From Lachnospiraceae bacterium (GTDB taxonomy: Bacteria; Bacillota; Clostridia; Lachnospirales; Lachnospiraceae), in the NCBI GenBank assembly GCA_024698075.1, contig JAILRP010000082.1, positions 26,422-90,421 of the forward strand: a DNA stretch of 64,000 nt. Direction: 5' to 3'. The notes under the pieces are model-generated. The model ran no database searches, had not been told where the DNA came from, and worked only from the letters and a program-made list of their open reading frames with translations. Shown here piece after piece: positions 55,752 through 64,000 of this stretch. The stretch's first letter is position 1; the number at the start of each line of letters is the position of its first letter. A program made the translations under genes and the position numbers.

Positions 55752-56530
55752 TTGTGGATGAGAAATCTGAGAAATTCCACCGCGTGGTCAGTCCGCAGCG
55801 AATTGGCCGCGATCGTAAAGATGACGCGCTCGTCTTCAGATTCCGCAACAGGATATGCCCCGTGTTCTCCTATATTGTTAAGATATGAGCAGTTGTCGAG
55901 ATAGATCCCCGCAAAGTAGGGAGGAACCGTCTCATCATAGTCTTCTATCTGATCCTTTGACGGGTCAAAATAGTAGAACTCATAATCCCTGTCCTTAAGC
56001 TCATCTATAAGATCCTGCGGCAGTATCTCGCCAAGGTCCGCATAACAGTCGCAGTTCGCGGGCCCTTCAAGGATCGCTTTGGGTCCTATCACCACGTCGA
56101 TCGTCTGGGCCGCATAGTTCGCGATGAGCCTCTGCTGGTACGCGATCATCGTCGAGTCAAAATTCTCATCGGAAAGCGTCGTCTCCGTTCCTATCGTCAG
56201 GTTTTCCTTTGTAAGGTCAATCCCTGCCTCTTTTACAAAATCATCATATATCGATGCGGATCTGTCATATCCCAGGTATGTGTTCAGGAGCTCGGCATAC
56301 AGGTAGACCGGCTTGGAATTTTCCCTGTAGTCCCTTATGAAAGTGACCAGAAGCACGATCGCCGCGATACCTCCGATGATCCACCACTTGTAATAATCCC
56401 ATATGTACTCGGCCTTCTTTTTTCCGGAAAGATCCTTAAATGCCGTCGCTTCCCGGGCCGCAGGCTCCATCAGGTTATCTTCTGACGCGCCCGCATCTTT
56501 TTTTTCCGTATCTTCGAGTTCTATCCTCAT
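55745..56530 (-). CDS. Hypothetical membrane-anchored protein
   Basis: 261 aa with an acidic N-terminus, one TM helix (WWIIGGIAAIVLLVTFI) and an extracytoplasmic domain. I recognise no family. Confidence 0.55.
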   Translation of the reverse strand: MRIELEDTEKKDAGASEDNLMEPAAREATAFKDLSGKKKAEYIWDYYKWWIIGGIAAIVLLVTFIRDYRENSKPVYLYAELLNTYLGYDRSASIYDDFVKEAGIDLTKENLTIGTETTLSDENFDSTMIAYQQRLIANYAAQTIDVVIGPKAILEGPANCDCYADLGEILPQDLIDELKDRDYEFYYFDPSKDQIEDYDETVPPYFAGIYLDNCSYLNNIGEHGAYPVAESEDERVIFTIAANSLRTDHAVEFLRFLIHNH

Positions 56531-56564
56531 TTTCTTTTACTTTCCGTTCCGTTTTTTTGCTTCA

Positions 56565-57944
56565 TCAGCACGGTGCCGCCGCATGAGCTATCGCGGCCGC
56601 CATCCTGTCAAGCATCTTTTCGGTCATTCCGGGATATACGCCTACCCAGAACGAACTGTTCATAATAAGGTCGGTATTGTCAAGGCCACCTGCTATCCTG
56701 TAGCCTCTTCCGCTCTTCCTCATCTCATCAAAGCACGGATGTTTTGTCAGGTTTCCCGCGAACAGTGCACGTGTCTGTATTCCCGCTGCCTCCACGGCCT
56801 CCACGACCGATTTTCGCGAAACGCCATCTCGGCATGTCATCATGAACCCGAACCAGCTCGGTTCGGAATGGGGGGATGCTTCAGGGAGCATAAGCCTCTC
56901 CTCAATGTCATATCCAAGCTTCTTCGCCTCTTTGTGGAGACGGTCATAAAGATATGCGAAGTTTGCACGTCTTTTCTCAACGAAAACGGGAAACTTCTTC
57001 AGCTGCGCACAGCCGACCGCTGCCTGCATGTCCGTTGCCTTTAAGTTGTAGCCGAAATGCGAATAAACATATTTATGGTCATATCCGAAAGGAAGCTCAC
57101 CATACTGTCCGTCGAACCGGTGGCCGCAAAGGTTGTCACGGCCCGAAGGGCACACACAGTCCCTTCCCCAGTCGCGAAGGCTCCTGATTATCTTGTTAAG
57201 GAGCGGATCATCGGTATATACGGCTCCGCCTTCACCCATCGTCATGTGGTGAGGAGGATAGAAGCTTGATGTGCCTATGTCGCCAACGGTGCCGGTATAG
57301 TGCCACCCGTCCTCCATCTCATACCGGCTTCCAAGCGAATCACAGTTGTCCTCAATGAGCCAGAGACCGTGCCTGCTGCAGAATTCACTTACCGCGCGCA
57401 GGTCGAACGGATTCCCGAGAGTATGGGCGAGCATGACAGCCCTCGTCTTATCCGACAGCGCATCCTCAAGAATGGATACATCGGCGTTGTATCCCGGAAC
57501 AGTAACATCGATGAATACCGGGACCGCGCCGTACTGTACTATGGGAGCTACCGTAGTCGGAAACCCCGCCGCTACGGTTATGACTTCATCCCCGGGGAGG
57601 ATCCTCCTACCCCTTCCCTTTCCGTCGGACAGAAGCGGGGAAGTAAGAGCCATGAACGCAAGAAGGTTTGCACTCGACCCGGAATTGACGAGCGAACAGT
57701 ATCTGACCCCAAGATAGGCGGAAAACTCTTTTTCAAACTCTTCAGAATACCTGCCCGCGGTCAGCCAGAACTCAAGCGCCGAATCCACAAGGTTTGACAT
57801 CTCGTCGCCGTCATATACGCGGGACGCATAGGGGATGCGGCCGGTTTCCTCATCCCTGCCGGTATTATGGTATTTGCCGCAGTAGCACCTTACGCTCTCA
57901 AGTATTTTCTCCCTGGCTTCCTGCTCAGTCATGTTTTCAAACAT
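56565..57944 (-). CDS. rfbH: RfbH/DdhC-like PMP-dependent CDP-4-keto-6-deoxyglucose 3-dehydrase (DegT family, His variant)
   Basis: 459 aa. The RfbH-type N-terminus has a long insertion. The active-site block SSFYPPHHMTMGEGG has His where aminotransferases of this family carry the Schiff-base Lys. Confidence 0.8.
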   Translation of the reverse strand: MFENMTEQEAREKILESVRCYCGKYHNTGRDEETGRIPYASRVYDGDEMSNLVDSALEFWLTAGRYSEEFEKEFSAYLGVRYCSLVNSGSSANLLAFMALTSPLLSDGKGRGRRILPGDEVITVAAGFPTTVAPIVQYGAVPVFIDVTVPGYNADVSILEDALSDKTRAVMLAHTLGNPFDLRAVSEFCSRHGLWLIEDNCDSLGSRYEMEDGWHYTGTVGDIGTSSFYPPHHMTMGEGGAVYTDDPLLNKIIRSLRDWGRDCVCPSGRDNLCGHRFDGQYGELPFGYDHKYVYSHFGYNLKATDMQAAVGCAQLKKFPVFVEKRRANFAYLYDRLHKEAKKLGYDIEERLMLPEASPHSEPSWFGFMMTCRDGVSRKSVVEAVEAAGIQTRALFAGNLTKHPCFDEMRKSGRGYRIAGGLDNTDLIMNSSFWVGVYPGMTEKMLDRMAAAIAHAAAPC

Positions 57945-57954
57945 CGTCTCTCTC

Positions 57955-58905
57955 CTATCCGGTCTGCATTTTTCCGGCCGCCCTCTCAGCCCTCACAAAA
58001 TCAACGGTCCTGCGGGCACCTTCGAGAAAGCTGACCCGCGGGGTAAATCCCGTATCTTCCTTCAGTTTTGATATGTCCGCGCAGAGGTGCATGACCTGAT
58101 TTTCGGCGTAGGGAACTTCTCCGAACCCGAGCGGGATCTGCGGGTCTATGATGTCCCTGACCGTTTCTATGTATTCCTTAAGGGGCCTTGCGGTCCCCGA
58201 ACCTATCGGATATATGCCCCCGTCCGTTCCGCTTTCGGCAAGGAGCAGGAGCGCAGACGCGGCGTCATCCGCGTAAAGATAATCCCACATCTGTTCACCC
58301 TTTGTAAGGGCGGGCTTCTTTCCGTCAAGAAGCGAGGATATGAGCGACATTATCATGGTCCTCTGCCCGTCATAAGGCCCGTATATGCTGAGGATCCGCG
58401 GCCAGATATGCCTGATCCCGAGATCGCGGCAGAGATTTCTCGTATGCTCTGATGCGGCAAGCTTTGCCCTTCCGTATTCATTTTCGGGAGCGCACGGCGT
58501 ATCAGGCGCCAACGTACCCGAGACCCTTCCGTATTCCGCCTGAGAGCCGGCTCCGACAAATGTCCTGCATCCCAGTTTCGCGGCAAGCCTTACGGCATCA
58601 TCTGCATATGCGGCATTTCTTTCCTGAAGCGCCCTGTCATCTCTCGCGCCGCCGAACGTCCCTGCCCAAGCGAGATGAAACATCGCACAGTCGGCGTCTT
58701 TCGGAACAGAAGATGCATCAAATTCCGCCAAGCCGACGAGAGCGCACTTTACTATCTTCACATGGGGGTCAAGCGGCAGCCTCTCCAGTCTTGGGCTGTC
58801 GGGATTGACCAGAACGGTCACATCCGTTCCGTTTTCGATGCATTTTCTTATGAGCGCCATTCCTATCGTACCGGTGGCGCCTGTTATTACCGCATGTCCA
58901 ATCAT
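57955..58905 (-). CDS. NAD(P)-dependent sugar epimerase/reductase (extended SDR)
   Basis: 316 aa with ITGATGTIG and the YGRAK catalytic pair. It is translationally coupled to its neighbours. Confidence 0.8.
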   Translation of the reverse strand: MIGHAVITGATGTIGMALIRKCIENGTDVTVLVNPDSPRLERLPLDPHVKIVKCALVGLAEFDASSVPKDADCAMFHLAWAGTFGGARDDRALQERNAAYADDAVRLAAKLGCRTFVGAGSQAEYGRVSGTLAPDTPCAPENEYGRAKLAASEHTRNLCRDLGIRHIWPRILSIYGPYDGQRTMIMSLISSLLDGKKPALTKGEQMWDYLYADDAASALLLLAESGTDGGIYPIGSGTARPLKEYIETVRDIIDPQIPLGFGEVPYAENQVMHLCADISKLKEDTGFTPRVSFLEGARRTVDFVRAERAAGKMQTG

Positions 58906-59582
58906 ATGTTTTTCTTATACTCTTCGAACTTTCCGAGTAGCTGACGCTCGATCTCCTCCGGCATGCGCTTGAATATTTCGCTGCCTTCCGGAGGTATCAT
59001 CATAATATGCTCATCATCGATCTTGTCGACCGCTCCGACGAGCATGTCTATCTCATTCTCATATATCCTCCGGGCAAGTGAATGGAAAGTGTCATAAGGC
59101 CCGGCATATATGCGGCGCTGTTCTATGACCTCGCCCGCATCGACATATTCTCCTATGATGTGCGTGGTCACTCCGACCGGCAGGCCGTACCAGATGGACC
59201 ATTTGTATGCATCAAGCCCTCGCGCCGCCGGAATGATGCCCGGATGGGCATTTATTATCCTGTGGCCTGCTACGAAGCTCTCCGGAAGAAGTCCGGCCCC
59301 ACACAGAAGAAATACGGCATCATCATATTTTTCCGTGACCGTCTCGCCAAAATCACCCTCCGAATAGCCGTAACCAAAGTTTTTGCAGAGCGTCTTTGCA
59401 TCCGGTATATCCATGTTAAGCTCCGGGCGGTGCGCGATGAGAGGCTGCCGCTTTTTCACATAGGTCATCTTCTGACCGAAAACGGCAACATCCTCATATC
59501 CCTTCGCCTTTAAAAGGCAGAGCGTGTCATATGTTTTCCTGTGCGGAACGTTGTATGTAAGTACGGCTATTTTGTATGCCAA
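58902..59582 (-). CDS. Formyltransferase-fold protein (PurN/Fmt N-domain-like)
   Basis: IINAHPGIIPAARG and HIIGEYVDAGEVI supply the N/H/D catalytic pattern of formyltransferases. I placed the start at TTG 59582 (MAYKIAVLTYN) because GGGAGG lies 8 nt upstream. The ORF-track start at 59612 is also TTG but lies inside a hairpin and lacks an RBS. Confidence 0.65.
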   Translation of the reverse strand: MAYKIAVLTYNVPHRKTYDTLCLLKAKGYEDVAVFGQKMTYVKKRQPLIAHRPELNMDIPDAKTLCKNFGYGYSEGDFGETVTEKYDDAVFLLCGAGLLPESFVAGHRIINAHPGIIPAARGLDAYKWSIWYGLPVGVTTHIIGEYVDAGEVIEQRRIYAGPYDTFHSLARRIYENEIDMLVGAVDKIDDEHIMMIPPEGSEIFKRMPEEIERQLLGKFEEYKKNI

Positions 59583-59593
59583 TTTATAATCCT

Positions 59594-59712
59594 CCCGTCT
59601 GCGACGGGTCAACAGTTACAAGGTCTGCTCGCCCATTTTATATCGACTTCGTCGATGGGCGAGCGGTGCAGGAAGGGATCCTCCCATCTTTGATGGGCCC
59701 CTCCTTCCTGCA
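59594..59712 (-). other. Three consecutive stable hairpins filling the rfbF / formyltransferase-like intergenic region
   Basis: Hairpin A at 59667-59712 has a 10-bp outer stem TGCAGGAAGG/CCTTCCTGCA and an inner stem CCCATC/GATGGG. Hairpin B at 59627-59664 has GCTCGCCCAT/ATGGGCGAGC and an inner stem TCGAC/GTCGA. Hairpin C at 59594-59608 (CCCGTC/GACGGG) has an arm that overlaps the GGGAGG RBS. Confidence 0.8.
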
Positions 59713-59713
59713 G

Positions 59714-60487
59714 TTACCATACTTTCCAGGGGGCTCGTCCATTGTCCCACATTTCTTCGAGCATGTCGCGTTCACGTTTCGTGTCCATGCACTGCCAGAA
59801 GCCGTCATAGCGGTAGCCCATGAGGTTTCCTTCGGAAGCGAGCTTCATCATCGGGCCCTTTTCAAATACGGTTCCATCATCTTCTATGTAGTCAAACACT
59901 TCCGGCTCGAGTACCATGAACCCGCCGCTGACACGCGAATCGTCGACCGTATGTTTCTCGCGGAAGGAAGTTATGGTATTGTCATCATTCATGTCAAGCA
60001 CGCCGAAGCGCTGGCCGACCGATATCGCTGTTACGGTCGCAAGCTTTCCGTGGCTTCTGTGGTATTCAAGAAGCCCGTTGGGATCTATGTCGCTGACCGC
60101 ATCTCCGTAGGTCAGCATGAACGTCTCGTCCCCCACATACTTCCTGACACGCTTTATCCTGCCGCCGGTCATGGTATCAAGCCCGGTATCAACAAGCGTT
60201 ACCCGCCACGGCTCAGATTCGTTGTTATGGACCGTCATCTGATTTTCCTTGGTAAAGTCGAACGTTACGTCGCTGTTATACAGATAATAGTCGGCAAACC
60301 AGTCCTTGATCATATGCTGCTTATACCCGCAGCAGATGATGAAGTCATTGAACCCGCGCACGCTGTAGCCCTTCATGATGTGCCACAGTATAGGCTTCTC
60401 CCCGATCTCGATCATCGGTTTCGGCTTCAGATGGCTTTCCTCGCTTATCCTTGTTCCGTATCCGCCTGCAAGAATTATGACTTTCAT
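59714..60487 (-). CDS. rfbF: Glucose-1-phosphate cytidylyltransferase
   Basis: 257 aa. MKVIILAGGYGTRISEESHLKPKPMIEIGEKPILWHIMK is RfbF/DdhA-like throughout. Confidence 0.92.
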   Translation of the reverse strand: MKVIILAGGYGTRISEESHLKPKPMIEIGEKPILWHIMKGYSVRGFNDFIICCGYKQHMIKDWFADYYLYNSDVTFDFTKENQMTVHNNESEPWRVTLVDTGLDTMTGGRIKRVRKYVGDETFMLTYGDAVSDIDPNGLLEYHRSHGKLATVTAISVGQRFGVLDMNDDNTITSFREKHTVDDSRVSGGFMVLEPEVFDYIEDDGTVFEKGPMMKLASEGNLMGYRYDGFWQCMDTKRERDMLEEMWDNGRAPWKVW

Positions 60488-60561
60488 GATCTTCTCCTTC
60501 TCAGCCTTTGATCCGGCCGTCTGCTGTCCGTCTTTTGCAGCACCATGCCGCGCAAGTACCG

Positions 60562-61590
60562 TTATGCTCCGGCGTTAGTCCTCTTATGCCTCGCATCAGA
60601 TTCCGCGCCCTTCAGCATGATTTCGTGCGCGATCCTGAATATCTTTATGAACAGGCCTCGCGGCAATATATACAGGCATTTCTCGATCCGAAGCGCAAGC
60701 GGACTTTCCGCCTTCTTCTTTTCATAGCCCGCCCACATCGACTCTGCCATATATTTGTCAAAAAAGGCAGAAAACGGATGAAGGTTTCCTAAATGCCACG
60801 GGAATTCCCCGAGCCATCTGTAGCAGTGATATATCACCGGATGCTGCTTTGCGGCCTCAACCTCCTTAGCGCTGTAGTAAGGCGGCTTCCCAAATGTGCC
60901 GAAATACTGCTTCTGTGTATATCTCGCGTGAAGCGGCTGGAAATTGTATTCAAGCGGAAGCCTGCATATATCCCCTTCACAGACAAGATTGATAAGATCC
61001 TGGTCTCCGATATAGCTGCTGCGGACATTCTGTATGTGGTCAAGCAGCTTCTCCGTGTATCTCATCTCCTGCCATCGGCCGGTATCATACAGTATGACGC
61101 CCGAATTGAAATATTCGCTGTCACCGTCCATCCCGATCATGACCTTATAGTCATCCGTTATGGACTCGAGCACCATCCCGATGCTCCTGCCGCCCATATC
61201 ATATGACAGAAGCTGCCCTATGTCACCGTCAACGACCGTGTCCGCATCAAGATACAGGACCCTTTTACCCGAAAAGTCATATAGTCTCGTAAAGAACAGC
61301 CGGAGATATACCGAATATGCGCCCCTGTACGGTATCATCCCGAGGTCCCGGAATTCGGATATGAGATCATCGGTCGCGGCAAAATCGATCGATGCACCAT
61401 ACCTTTCGGCGGTCTTCGCAAGAAGCTCCTCAGAGCGTTCCGACAGGCCCTCTCCGAGTATGTGCAGGCATATCCTGTGCGTTTTCGAATTATTAATAAG
61501 CAGGGATGTTATCGACACCCCTGCAAACGGCACGTACTTTTCATTGAACTGGTATATGACATTTATCTCATCCATTGTGGCTGCTGTCAT
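60562..61590 (-). CDS. Glycosyltransferase family 8
   Basis: INVIYQFNEKYVPFAGVSITSLL and the LYLDADTVV (DxD) motif. The start is chosen at ATG 61590 (RBS AAGGA). ATGs at 61605 and 61575 are alternatives. Confidence 0.8.
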   Translation of the reverse strand: MTAATMDEINVIYQFNEKYVPFAGVSITSLLINNSKTHRICLHILGEGLSERSEELLAKTAERYGASIDFAATDDLISEFRDLGMIPYRGAYSVYLRLFFTRLYDFSGKRVLYLDADTVVDGDIGQLLSYDMGGRSIGMVLESITDDYKVMIGMDGDSEYFNSGVILYDTGRWQEMRYTEKLLDHIQNVRSSYIGDQDLINLVCEGDICRLPLEYNFQPLHARYTQKQYFGTFGKPPYYSAKEVEAAKQHPVIYHCYRWLGEFPWHLGNLHPFSAFFDKYMAESMWAGYEKKKAESPLALRIEKCLYILPRGLFIKIFRIAHEIMLKGAESDARHKRTNAGA

Positions 61591-62896
61591 ATTTTTCCTT
61601 GTCATGGACGCTGATCTCGCTTCCAATCTGGACCTCGATAAGCTTAAGCTCCGTGATCGCATCGACCTTGTGCTTTACGCCGGCCTTCATCGTGATGACA
61701 TCCCCTGCGCTGATCTGCCTCACATTATCATCTATGACCGCCGTTCCCCTTCCTTCAACAACGGTCCACACTTCATCCCTCAACTTGTGGGAATGGTAAT
61801 GCATCCCATGTCCGGGGTTGAGCGTCACCTTAACTGTCATGCTTCCCTCGTCGACCGCGATCACCTGATAGCTTCCCCAGCTCTTCTCGGAAAACATTAT
61901 CTGCTGGTCGATCTTATCCACGAAAGGTTTTATATAGCTTGACTGTTCCTTATCGGATACGAGCACGCCCTGTGCGGAAGCGCACACCACGGCGTTCTTC
62001 ATCCCCATCACGAGTATCGGAACGTTCAGTTCATTTATGACGTGGACATCCTCGCAGGTTTCATTGAGTATCGCCTCGCCTATGGCAGGCTCCTCCATTG
62101 CCTCCGTAAGTGTATTCCACGTCCCGAGGTCCTTCCACTTGCCCGAGAACCTCATCACCTCGATATTCGGCTCCTTCTCAACGACCGCATAGTCAAAGGA
62201 TATCTTTGTGAGCGTGTCATACTTCTCATAGAGGTCGCGGTACCCGCGAAAATCAATGAGCTCGTGTGCCCTGTCAAGCACATACTTAAGCTTGTACGCA
62301 AATATCCCGCCGTTCCATAAGGCGCCCTCTGCTATATATGCCTTTGCCGTCTCAATATCAGGCTTCTCCTTGAATTCCCTGACTTTTTCGATGCCGGAAC
62401 CATCATCGGTACCGGGAATGATGTACCCGTATTTTTCGCTCGGATATGTCGGCTCCATCCCCATGAGCACCAGATTGGCGCTTCCCTTATCAGCCTGTTC
62501 GCACAGTTTCCCAAGGGCCCTGAAATAATCCTCCTCAACATAAGGATCCACCGGGCAGACGACAACCGCCTCTTCAGGCGAGACTGACATCACATCGGTA
62601 AGATATGCTGTTGCGAGCGCTATGGCCGGAAACGTATCACGCCTGCAGGGTTCGATGGATATGCCGACATCATCTCCCAGCTGGTTGTTGATGGCGGAAA
62701 CCTGTGTCCTGCTCGTCGCAATGGTTATCGTGGCATCCGGATCGACCGCCCGGATCTGGCGGTACATGCGCTGGACCATTGATTCATATGTCCCGTCTTC
62801 CGTGCGGAATATCTTGATGAACTGTTTTGACCTTATTTCATTGGAAAGCGGCCAGAGCCTTTTGCCTGAACCGCCGGACAGCAATATGATATTCAT
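61568..62896 (-). CDS. manC: Mannose-1-phosphate guanylyltransferase with a C-terminal cupin domain
   Basis: 442 aa with the N-terminal [14 protein letters not shown] nucleotidyltransferase motif and the C-terminal cupin [21 protein letters not shown]. Confidence 0.82.
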   Translation of the reverse strand: MNIILLSGGSGKRLWPLSNEIRSKQFIKIFRTEDGTYESMVQRMYRQIRAVDPDATITIATSRTQVSAINNQLGDDVGISIEPCRRDTFPAIALATAYLTDVMSVSPEEAVVVCPVDPYVEEDYFRALGKLCEQADKGSANLVLMGMEPTYPSEKYGYIIPGTDDGSGIEKVREFKEKPDIETAKAYIAEGALWNGGIFAYKLKYVLDRAHELIDFRGYRDLYEKYDTLTKISFDYAVVEKEPNIEVMRFSGKWKDLGTWNTLTEAMEEPAIGEAILNETCEDVHVINELNVPILVMGMKNAVVCASAQGVLVSDKEQSSYIKPFVDKIDQQIMFSEKSWGSYQVIAVDEGSMTVKVTLNPGHGMHYHSHKLRDEVWTVVEGRGTAVIDDNVRQISAGDVITMKAGVKHKVDAITELKLIEVQIGSEISVHDKEKYDSSHNG

Positions 62897-63837
62897 CTTT
62901 CGGCCCTCATCGGATTGTTGAGAAAATCCTCATAGCTGAGCCTGATCCCATCGGGAAGCTCCGTCTTGTACTTCCATCCGAGGGATTCTGCTTTCGAAAC
63001 ATCGAGCAGCTTTCTCGGAGTCCCATTCGGCATCGACGTATCCCATTTTATCTCACCCTTGTATCCGATGATCTCGGCCACGAGCGCGGTAAGCTCTTTT
63101 ATCGTGATCTCCTTGCCGCATCCTGCGTTCACGGTCTCGTTCCCGCTATAATTGTTCATGAGGAACACGCACAGATCCGCAAGGTCATCAACATATAAAA
63201 ATTCGCGGAGCGGAGAACCGTCACCCCAGCATGTGACCTCCGGAAGACACTGTTCCTTAGCCTCATGAAATCTTCTTATGAGAGCGGGCAGCACATGCGA
63301 ATGCCGCGGATGGTAGTTGTCATTCGGTCCGTAGAGGTTGGTCGGCATGACGCTTATATAGTCGGTTCCGTACTGCCTGTTTAAGAACTCACAGTACTTA
63401 AGCCCCGATATCTTGGCGAGCGCATAGGCCTCGTTCGTCTTCTCAAGCTCGCCCGTCAGAAGGCACGATTCCTTCATGGGCTGAGGGGCCATGCGCGGAT
63501 AGATGCATGAGCTTCCGAGAAACTCAAGCTTTTTGCAGCCATTTTTCCATGCGGAATGTATGACGTTCATCTCAAGTATCATGTTATCGTACATAAAATC
63601 CGCGAGTGCATCATTGTTCGCTGCGATGCCGCCGACCTTTGCCGCCGCGAGAAATACATACTCGGGCTTCTCTTCCTCAAAGAACCGCTCTACATCATCC
63701 TGTCTGCACAGGTCAAGCTCTTTGTGTGTCCTTGTTATGATATTTGTATAGCCCTGTCTTTCAAGTTCCCTTACGATCGCCGAACCAACCATCCCGCGGT
63801 GTCCGGCGACATATATCTTAGCGTTCTTCTCCATCAT
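62893..63837 (-). CDS. fcl: GDP-L-fucose synthase
   Basis: 314 aa. [15 protein letters not shown]...AAAKVGGI...YALAK is Fcl/WcaG-like throughout. It lies directly after gmd. Confidence 0.92.
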   Translation of the reverse strand: MMEKNAKIYVAGHRGMVGSAIVRELERQGYTNIITRTHKELDLCRQDDVERFFEEEKPEYVFLAAAKVGGIAANNDALADFMYDNMILEMNVIHSAWKNGCKKLEFLGSSCIYPRMAPQPMKESCLLTGELEKTNEAYALAKISGLKYCEFLNRQYGTDYISVMPTNLYGPNDNYHPRHSHVLPALIRRFHEAKEQCLPEVTCWGDGSPLREFLYVDDLADLCVFLMNNYSGNETVNAGCGKEITIKELTALVAEIIGYKGEIKWDTSMPNGTPRKLLDVSKAESLGWKYKTELPDGIRLSYEDFLNNPMRAER

Positions 63838-63839
63838 TC

Positions 63840-64000
63840 TTACTTCACTACACCCTTCTCGAGGTATTCTTCAAGGTTCGTCCTGATATGCTCCTCAGCA
63901 CGCTCGACCGCAACCTTTGCCATGTCATGGTCGACCATTATCTTAACGAGTTCCTCGAAAGTCGTCGACTGGGGGTTCCATCCGAGCACACGCTTCGCCT
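63840..64000 (-). CDS. gmd: GDP-mannose 4,6-dehydratase, C-terminal fragment (the 5' part lies outside the window)
   Basis: My own minus-strand translation gives ...[52 protein letters not shown], with the stop at 63840-63842. The Gmd-like C-terminus and the position upstream of fcl support the call. Confidence 0.7.
   Translation of the reverse strand, partial: AKRVLGWNPQSTTFEELVKIMVDHDMAKVAVERAEEHIRTNLEEYLEKGVVK

Noticed and set aside
1-64000. A scan of the whole window for CRISPR arrays, restriction-modification or other recognisable defence systems, prophage or conjugative genes, transposases and rRNA genes.
   Set aside because: None were seen. All large ORFs are accounted for by metabolic, housekeeping, envelope-glycan or secretion functions, and no repeat-spacer architecture is present.

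Overview
This looks like a chromosomal segment of a Bacillota genome of Clostridia type. The evidence is sigH, a YtvI-like gene, the conserved blocks tig-clpP-clpX-lon-engB and cysE...cysS-mrnC-rlmB-sigH, and a PurO-type IMP cyclohydrolase. Almost everything is transcribed on the minus strand with tight gene packing.

Housekeeping content:
- Arginine biosynthesis: the GNAT-argJ-argB operon lies divergent from argG across an operator-rich spacer, and argC lies elsewhere in the window.
- malQ, a CDF transporter, an AI-2E/YtvI-like protein, and a MATE exporter.
- nadE, ispF, cysS and cysE.
- purO plus an AICAR-transformylase-only purH, and guaB.
- Three tRNAs: Thr-GGU, Val-UAC and Met-CAU.

Accessory content:
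1. An operon of about 8 kb at 5061-12950 that resembles a type VII secretion system. It encodes an FHA-containing FtsK/SpoIIIE ATPase, a YukD-like protein, four WXG100 paralogues, a vWA-like/TM/FHA membrane protein, and a lipase-like alpha/beta-hydrolase without a signal peptide whose helical domain is C-terminal. No recognisable EssA, EssB or EsaA is visible. This is the best candidate for an unusual system in the window.
2. A GT10 fucosyltransferase translationally coupled to sigH. GDP-fucose genes (manC-fcl-gmd) lie at the right edge of the window.
3. Two envelope-glycan clusters. Cluster 34264-43140 is an Arn/Gtr-like amino-sugar lipid-carrier module with an ATP-grasp enzyme, a methyltransferase and a phosphoesterase. 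Cluster 48317-64000 holds GT-C-like membrane proteins, a GT2-GtrA fusion, rfbF/rfbH and a formyltransferase-like gene.

Smaller oddities are an IspF with a Cys-motif plus poly-Lys tail, a 32-bp perfect palindrome next to an atypical tRNA-Thr, a 170-nt structured spacer inside a tRNA operon, a GGDEF/EAL gene overlapping purO by ATGA, and stacked hairpins ahead of the formyltransferase-like gene.

I found no CRISPR array, transposase, integrase or rRNA gene. All functional calls come from reading the translated ORFs and motifs by eye. No database search was run, so I cannot verify novelty here.
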